Shown here: piece after piece, positions 25,610-31,064 of the stretch
How the letters are laid out: each line of letters begins with the position of its first letter
Position numbering within the stretch: the stretch's first letter is position 1
Position numbers and translations under genes: made by a program
Notes under the pieces: generated by a model
Databases searched by the model: none
What the model saw: the letters and a program-made list of their open reading frames with translations, nothing else
Told to the model about the DNA's origin: nothing
Assembly: GCA_020354945.1 (NCBI GenBank)
Contig: CP070655.1
Span: forward strand, 148,667-179,730
DNA from: Candidatus Omnitrophota bacterium
GTDB lineage: Bacteria; Omnitrophota; Gorgyraeia; JABMRG01; JAFGKX01
Direction: 5' to 3'
DNA length: 31,064 bases

Positions 25610-26954
25610 GGTTAGCTTAAAGGGCGTCGGAATACATACAGGCAAAAACGCAAACATTACCTTTAAGCCAGCCCCGCCAAATAGTGGCGTAAATTTTATA
25701 AGAACAGACCTATCCGAAAAAGTAGTTATCCCTGCTAATATATCTTACCTTTTAGATGAATCCTTAAGGATGCGCAGAACCTCAATAGGGAAAGAAGAGG
25801 GGCAGGCGCATACCATAGAGCACCTTATGGCCTCATTTTTGGGGCTTGGCATAGACAATATTTATGTGGAAATGGACGGCCCTGAAGTTCCCGGATTAGA
25901 TGGAAGCGCAAATGAGATTGTGAGGGCATTAAAAAAGGCAGGTCTATTAAAACAGGATGCGCCGCGAAAAGAACTTTTAATAAAAGAACCGCTCTGGCTT
26001 GAGGAGGGAGACAGTTCGCTGGTTATTTTACCGGATAAAAATTTTAGCATTTCATATATCTTAGATTACAATCATCCGGGATTAAGGTCTCAGTATAACC
26101 ACTTCAGGATTGATTCTGAAATTTTCGAGAAAGAGATCGCTCCCAGCAGGACATTTTGTTTAAAAGAGGAAGCGGATGGGCTTATTAAACAGGGCGTTGG
26201 CAAAGGGGCTTCTTTGAAAAACACTGTAGTAATTGATGAAAAAGGCCTTCCAACGATGGAATTAAAATTTGAAGATGAATTTTTGCGGCACAAGATACTT
26301 GATCTTATAGGCGACATCTTTCTTTCAGGCCATTTTTTAAAAGCCCACATAATAGGCATAAAGAGCGGCCATTCTCTTAATTTAAAGATGGCTCAACTCA
26401 TAAAGTCAAGATGTATTAAAGAAGAGAAACCGCGCAACCAAGGAGCTTCATTCTGGAAGGTTCCTCGCCATCGAAAACCAGTGAACGAAAAACCAGTAAC
26501 CAGCAACCAGAAACCAGATACTGAAAAGCCCATTTTAAATAAAAAGCAAATTGAACAAATATTGCCGCATCGGGAGCCTTTTCTTTTAGTGGATGAGATA
26601 ATAGAAATGGGAGAAACAAAAGCAGTCGGTATAAAGAATGTAGAAAGTAAAGAGTATTATTTTGCCGGCCATTTTCCGGACAGGCCTATTATGCCGGGGG
26701 TGCTAATTGTAGAAGCCTTAGCTCAAACAGGCGGCGTACTTATGTTAAGTAAACCACAGAATAAAGGCAAACTTGCCTATTTTATGTCTATTAATAACGC
26801 AAAATTTCGAAAGATAGTAACTCCTGGGGATAAACTGCGCCTTGAGATTGAAGTTGTAAGATTTAAGACAAGGACAGGTCAGGTCCGTGGCAAGGCTTTT
26901 GTTGATGGAAATATTGTCTGCGAGGCAGACCTTATGTTTTCGCTGGTGGACTGA
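25578..26954 (+). CDS. lpxC: Bifunctional LpxC deacetylase / FabZ dehydratase fusion
   Basis: [24 protein letters not shown]; then [27 protein letters not shown]. Confidence 0.95.
   Translation: MTANQNTIKNEVSLKGVGIHTGKNANITFKPAPPNSGVNFIRTDLSEKVVIPANISYLLDESLRMRRTSIGKEEGQAHTIEHLMASFLGLGIDNIYVEMDGPEVPGLDGSANEIVRALKKAGLLKQDAPRKELLIKEPLWLEEGDSSLVILPDKNFSISYILDYNHPGLRSQYNHFRIDSEIFEKEIAPSRTFCLKEEADGLIKQGVGKGASLKNTVVIDEKGLPTMELKFEDEFLRHKILDLIGDIFLSGHFLKAHIIGIKSGHSLNLKMAQLIKSRCIKEEKPRNQGASFWKVPRHRKPVNEKPVTSNQKPDTEKPILNKKQIEQILPHREPFLLVDEIIEMGETKAVGIKNVESKEYYFAGHFPDRPIMPGVLIVEALAQTGGVLMLSKPQNKGKLAYFMSINNAKFRKIVTPGDKLRLEIEVVRFKTRTGQVRGKAFVDGNIVCEADLMFSLVD
26476..26525 (+). repeat. Heptamer array (AACCAGN) in the LpxC-FabZ linker
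   Basis: AACCAGT ... AACCAGT AACCAGC AACCAGA AACCAGA TACTGAA. Confidence 0.85.
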
Positions 26955-26956
26955 TA

Positions 26957-26998
26957 ATCAGTTATCAGTTACTGACGACTGACGACTGACAAATGATA
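26957..26998. repeat. Head-to-head heptamer array (ATCAGTT / ACTGACG) between fabZ and lpxA
   Basis: ATCAGTT x2, ACTGACG x2, ACTGACA, AATGATA (contains the lpxA ATG). Confidence 0.9.
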
Positions 26999-27769
26999 CA
27001 TAAAACTACAATAATACACCCCAAAGCAAAATTAGCAAAGAATGTTTCCGTCGGCCCGCATACTATAATTGGCGAACACGTTAGCATTGATGAAAATACA
27101 AAGATAGGGGCTAATTGCTTAATAGACGGGTGCACCACCATAGGAAAGGACTGTGAGATTTTTACCGGTGCAGTTATAGGAAGTATTACCCAGGATAAAA
27201 AATATAAAGGTGGACGGGCCCTTTTAAAAATAGGCGACAGAAACAAAATAAGGGAATATGCAACTATAAATTTAAGCACCGATAGCAAAGACAGGACATT
27301 GATAGGAAACGATAATCTTATTATGGCTTATGCCCATATTGCCCATAATTGCAAAGTTGGAAATAACGTAACCTTAGTAAATGCGTCCACACTGGCTGGA
27401 TATGTTGTCGTTGAAGATAATGCTGTCGTAGGTGGCTTAGCAGCGATTCATCAATTCGTAAGGATAGGCAGATTGGTTATAGTAGGAGGATGTTCTAAAG
27501 TAGTGCAGGATATAATTCCTTACTCTATGGCCGATGGGCATCCCGCAAAAATATATGGAATTAATTCGGTTGGCTTAGACAGAGCAGATATAAAACCTGC
27601 TATAAAATTAAGAATTAAAAAGGCGTTTAAGATATTATTTTCTATGAAATTAAATACCAAGAGCGCAGTTGCTAAAATCAAACAGGAAATCCCTGAGTGC
27701 AAAGAGATTTTTTATTTAATTAAATTCATAAACTCCTCAAAAAGGGGTATCGCCCGTGCTCGATATTAA
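26993..27769 (+). CDS. lpxA: Acyl-ACP--UDP-N-acetylglucosamine O-acyltransferase
   Basis: IH.T.IIHP.A, QDKKY, IREY.TIN, HIAHNC, IHQF, IN.VGL.R. Confidence 0.97.
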   Translation: MIHKTTIIHPKAKLAKNVSVGPHTIIGEHVSIDENTKIGANCLIDGCTTIGKDCEIFTGAVIGSITQDKKYKGGRALLKIGDRNKIREYATINLSTDSKDRTLIGNDNLIMAYAHIAHNCKVGNNVTLVNASTLAGYVVVEDNAVVGGLAAIHQFVRIGRLVIVGGCSKVVQDIIPYSMADGHPAKIYGINSVGLDRADIKPAIKLRIKKAFKILFSMKLNTKSAVAKIKQEIPECKEIFYLIKFINSSKRGIARARY

Positions 27770-28574
27770 AGATATAAAAAGAATAGGCTTGATAACAGGA
27801 AATGGCAAATTTCCTGTTTTTATATGCCGGGCTGCAAAAGGGCAGAACATAGACATAGTTGTTATAGCGGTGAAAGATGAAGTAGATTCAGACCTGTCAA
27901 GATATGTTGATAAGATATACCGGATAGAATTGGGCCAGGGAAAGAAACTGTTGGAGATATTTAAAAAGGAAAACCTTAAATACGCAATTATGGCCGGTAG
28001 GATTAAAAAGACTACTATTTTTAAACAAACATTTAAGATGGATGAGGTAACGCGTAATGTCCTTAGGAGCGTAATAGATAGAGGAGACAATACAATACTT
28101 AAGGCTATAGCCGATAGATTAAAAAAAGAGAATATCCAACTTTTGGATTCCACTGCGTTTTTAAAAAGTATTATGGCAAAAAGAGGCATTTATACCAGGG
28201 GAAAACCCAATCGTTCTCAAAGAGAAGATATAGATTTTGGATTTAAAATAGCCAAGGCAATAGGAGGTCTGGATATAGGCCAGACCGTGATTATAAAGAA
28301 GAAGGCAGTAATAGCTGTAGAGGCAATAGAAGGGACTGATGAAGCAATAATTCGGGCAGGGGGGTTAAGCCCCGGCTGCGTTGTAGTAAAGACCTCAAAA
28401 CCTAATCAGGATATGCGATTTGATGTCCCAACTGTAGGATTAAATACTATAGAGTCGATGAAGAAAGCAGGTGCTTGTGTCTTGGCAATAGAAGCTGATA
28501 AGACCTTGATTTTAGAAAAAGATGCTATGATAAAAGAAGCTGATAAGGCAGGGATATGTATAATTGCGGTGTGA
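27756..28574 (+). CDS. lpxI: UDP-2,3-diacylglucosamine diphosphatase LpxI
   Basis: IGLI.G.G.FP, LDIGQTV, AVEAIEGTD, KP.QD.RFD.P.VG; follows lpxA. Confidence 0.92.
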   Translation: MLDIKDIKRIGLITGNGKFPVFICRAAKGQNIDIVVIAVKDEVDSDLSRYVDKIYRIELGQGKKLLEIFKKENLKYAIMAGRIKKTTIFKQTFKMDEVTRNVLRSVIDRGDNTILKAIADRLKKENIQLLDSTAFLKSIMAKRGIYTRGKPNRSQREDIDFGFKIAKAIGGLDIGQTVIIKKKAVIAVEAIEGTDEAIIRAGGLSPGCVVVKTSKPNQDMRFDVPTVGLNTIESMKKAGACVLAIEADKTLILEKDAMIKEADKAGICIIAV

Positions 28575-28582
28575 TAGCAATG

Positions 28583-28624
28583 TTAATTGTAAGTTGTAAG
28601 AATTAAGGATTAAGTTGTAAGATG
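28583..28624 (+). repeat. Heptamer array (TAAGTTG) before nadE
   Basis: TTAATTG TAAGTTG TAAGAAT TAAGGAT TAAGTTG TAAGATG (last unit contains the ATG). Confidence 0.8.
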
Positions 28625-29479
28625 AAAGGACTCAAGATAAATCCCAAGAGAGTGAAGAAAAAGCTGGTGGATTTTATTATGGGCAATGTGCATAACTGCG
28701 GCTTTGAAAGAGCAGTAATAGGTTTATCAGGCGGGTTAGATTCAACAACTACTGCATATTTAGCCGCTGAGGCATTAGGCCCACCCAATCTGTTAGGGGT
28801 CATTATGCCATATAAAACTACTCCAAAAGCAGATATTGCTGATGCAAAATATATATGTAAAAATTTAGGCATAAGGTCAAAATATATAGATATAACCGAT
28901 ATGGTAGACGCTTATTTTAAAAAGATACCCCCCCACACCAAAAGTTTTGGTGAGGGGAGCAAACCCCCACACCAATTGTATAAAAACAGAGAAATGCAAA
29001 TTGGCGAGGGGGTAAATTTAAAGAATAAGATTAGGCGCGGAAACAAAATGGCCAGAGAGAGGATGTCAATACTTTATGATTTATCTTTTGATTTTAATGC
29101 TTTGGTATTGGGAACAAGCAACAGGACAGAGATTCTTTTAGGCTACGGCACTATTTACGGAGACATAGCCTGCGCCTTGAACCCGATGGGAGGTTTGTAT
29201 AAATGCCAGGTCATTCAGCTAGCCAAATTTTTAAAAATTCCTGCCTCTATAATAAATAAAATTCCCTCTGCAGGTTTTTGGAAAGGACAAACAGATGAAG
29301 GAGAGCTTGGGTTTATATATAAGGATGTCGATAAGCTGCTTAGTTGTCTAATAGATAAAAAATATACATCAGCTCAACTGATAAGGAAAGGTTTTGACAA
29401 AGATTTTGTTTATAAAGTAAAACAGAGGATAAAGAAGAATAGGTTTAAAAGGCAGTTGCCCAAAATAGCGAGGATATGA
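28622..29479 (+). CDS. nadE: NH3-dependent NAD+ synthetase carrying a ~29-aa palindrome-derived insert
   Basis: GLSGGLDS, GNKMARERM, GTSNRTE..LGY.T.YGD, PSAG.W.GQTDE; no glutaminase domain. Confidence 0.95.
   Translation: MKGLKINPKRVKKKLVDFIMGNVHNCGFERAVIGLSGGLDSTTTAYLAAEALGPPNLLGVIMPYKTTPKADIADAKYICKNLGIRSKYIDITDMVDAYFKKIPPHTKSFGEGSKPPHQLYKNREMQIGEGVNLKNKIRRGNKMARERMSILYDLSFDFNALVLGTSNRTEILLGYGTIYGDIACALNPMGGLYKCQVIQLAKFLKIPASIINKIPSAGFWKGQTDEGELGFIYKDVDKLLSCLIDKKYTSAQLIRKGFDKDFVYKVKQRIKKNRFKRQLPKIARI
28927..29013. mobile_element. Tandem CCCCACACCAA...TTGGYGAGGGG hairpins inserted in frame in nadE
   Basis: Hairpin 1 at 28931-28957; hairpin 2 arms at 28963-28977 and 28999-29013; about 87 bp (29 codons). 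Confidence 0.8.
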
Positions 29480-29530
29480 AGTAATGTCCCTGCGATACTC
29501 GTATTCCCTGCCTGCTGGCAGGTTCATATC
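29473..29530. repeat. GATATGAA/TTCATATC inverted repeat enclosing a truncated CCTGCC palindrome
   Basis: 8-bp perfect arms; CCTGCCTGCTGGCAGG at 29507-29522. Confidence 0.65.
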
Positions 29531-29580
29531 GTTGGGGAGAAATTTTAACAAAGTTAAAATTGGAAAAAATGGAGTAAGTT

Positions 29581-31064
29581 ATGAAAGATACACAGATAGC
29601 AATGAATCCCAATAAAATAGTTCGGTATTTGAAAAAACCTCCGGAAGAATTTACCAAAGAGGACCTGATTAAGTTTATAGATGAGAATAAGATTGAGATG
29701 GTTAACTTCCGGTATGTAGGCGGAAACGGCAGGCTGAAGACCCTCAATTTTGTAATTACCAGCAAGGCTCAATTGGATCGGCTGCTATCAGTAGGGGAAA
29801 GGGTAGATGGTTCCAGCTTATTCTCTTGTATTGATGCAGCATCAAGCGACCTATATGTGGTCCCTCGTTATAAAACCGCATATGTGAACCCGTTCGCTGC
29901 TATTCCCACAGTAGATATACTTTGTTCCTACTATACAAACGAGGGAGCTCGGCTGCCAAGTTCTCCGGAAAATATTGTTAGAAAAGCTCATCAGGCATTA
30001 AAGGATAAAACAGGGTTAAGTCTCGAAGCTATGGGCGAGTTAGAGTATTACGTTTTTTATGATAGACAGCGCCTTTATCCTGTTACGGCCCAGAAGGGCT
30101 ATGAAGAATCTTCTCCGTTTTCTAAATGGGAAGGGTTAAGATGTGAGGCTATGCAAGCTATTGCTCAGGCCGGAGGGATGATAAAGTATAGTCATTCTGA
30201 GGTAGGTAATATTACTGGAGAAGACCAGGAGATGGAGCAGCATGAGATTGAGTTTCATCCCGTGCCTATAGAAGATGCGGCCGACCAAATTGTCATTGCT
30301 AAATGGATGTTGAGGATGATTGGATATAGATATGGGATAACGGTTAGCTTTGCCCCAAAGATTTTGGTTGGGCATGCCGGCAGCGGCCTTCATATTCATA
30401 CAAAATTGGTTAAAAACGGTAAGAATATGATGATTGAACAAAATAGGTTAAGCGATATAGCCAAAAAAGCTATTGCCGGTTATCTAAACCTGGCTCCTTC
30501 CTTAACTGCCTTCGGCAATACTGTCCCTGTTTCTTATCTGAGATTAGTTCCCCACCAGGAGGCGCCAACAAATATATGCTGGGGCGATAGAAACCGCTCT
30601 GTATTGGTAAGGGTCCCCCTGGGATGGTTGGGCGCTGATAATATGAGTAGAGATGCCAATCCCCAGGAAAGGAAAAAATTTTCAGGCCCCGTCAATAGCC
30701 AGACAGTAGAATTTCGCTGCCCGGATGGTTCGGCTGACGTTTACCTTTTACTGGCCGGGCTGGCTGTGGCGGCTCGACATGGGCTGGAAATGGAGGGCGC
30801 GCTAGAATTAGCTAATAAACTGTATGTAGATGTGAATATCTTTTCTCCTGAGCATAAGAAAGTTCAGGAGAGGCTCCCTCATCTGCCAACCTCATGCTGG
30901 GAATCAGCCGAAAGTTTCCTGAAAGACCGTGAAATATACCAGCAGGGAGGTGTCTTTTCTTCCGTAGCAATTGATGGGATAGTAAAAAAACTTAAGAGCT
31001 ACAACGATAAGGACTTAAGCCAGAAGTTATATGGCAAGGAAGACGAGATTAAAAAATTAATCGG
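29581..31064 (+). CDS. glnA: Glutamine synthetase family protein (type I-like), truncated at window edge
   Basis: Open frame from ATG 29581 with GGAG RBS, translated by hand: GERVDGSS, GELEYY, HSEVG, QHEIEF, FAPK...G.AGSGLHIH, SYLRLVPHQEAP, NRS.LVRVP, EFRCPD; not in ORF track because it has no stop. Confidence 0.92.
   Translation, partial: MKDTQIAMNPNKIVRYLKKPPEEFTKEDLIKFIDENKIEMVNFRYVGGNGRLKTLNFVITSKAQLDRLLSVGERVDGSSLFSCIDAASSDLYVVPRYKTAYVNPFAAIPTVDILCSYYTNEGARLPSSPENIVRKAHQALKDKTGLSLEAMGELEYYVFYDRQRLYPVTAQKGYEESSPFSKWEGLRCEAMQAIAQAGGMIKYSHSEVGNITGEDQEMEQHEIEFHPVPIEDAADQIVIAKWMLRMIGYRYGITVSFAPKILVGHAGSGLHIHTKLVKNGKNMMIEQNRLSDIAKKAIAGYLNLAPSLTAFGNTVPVSYLRLVPHQEAPTNICWGDRNRSVLVRVPLGWLGADNMSRDANPQERKKFSGPVNSQTVEFRCPDGSADVYLLLAGLAVAARHGLEMEGALELANKLYVDVNIFSPEHKKVQERLPHLPTSCWESAESFLKDREIYQQGGVFSSVAIDGIVKKLKSYNDKDLSQKLYGKEDEIKKLI

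Noticed and set aside
25578-26954. LpxC-FabZ fusion and Zn-ribbon SpoVG as novelties
   Set aside because: Both architectures are already known in other phyla; only the repeat-derived linker is reported.

Overview
A low-GC diderm bacterial housekeeping region. A PVC-type lineage such as Omnitrophota is plausible, but this is inferred only from the Zn-ribbon SpoVG, LpxC-FabZ fusion and LpxI. Minus strand: SurA/PpiD-like chaperone, Zn-dependent dehydrogenase, LsrF-like aldolase/thiolase and a small Cys-rich ORF. Plus strand: class II aldolase, hisG, an uncalled 31-aa bS22-like basic ORF, a TPR protein, split transketolase halves separated by a short FtsH and a lipoprotein, ispE, spoVG, tRNA-Gln(TTG), clpX, glmU, prs, rplY, pth, rpsF, ssb, rpsR, rplI, dnaB, bamA, skp, lpxD, lpxC-fabZ, lpxA, lpxI, nadE and a glutamine synthetase running off the right edge. 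The unusual signal is non-coding: most co-directional gene junctions, and five conserved proteins in frame, contain short repeat elements, yet no transposase is present in the window. These fall into four classes: (1) tandem arrays of mostly 7-bp period whose sequence differs from site to site, often as head-to-head inverted arms spanning stop codon to start codon; (2) a 20-bp palindrome CCTGCCTGCCGGCAGGCAGG that sits inside the other repeats with no target duplication; (3) long hairpins whose mismatches read as tandem GA/GA on one strand only; (4) CCCCRCAC...GTGYGGGG hairpins. Together they suggest a nested system of non-autonomous mini-elements or scars of mobile single-gene cassettes.
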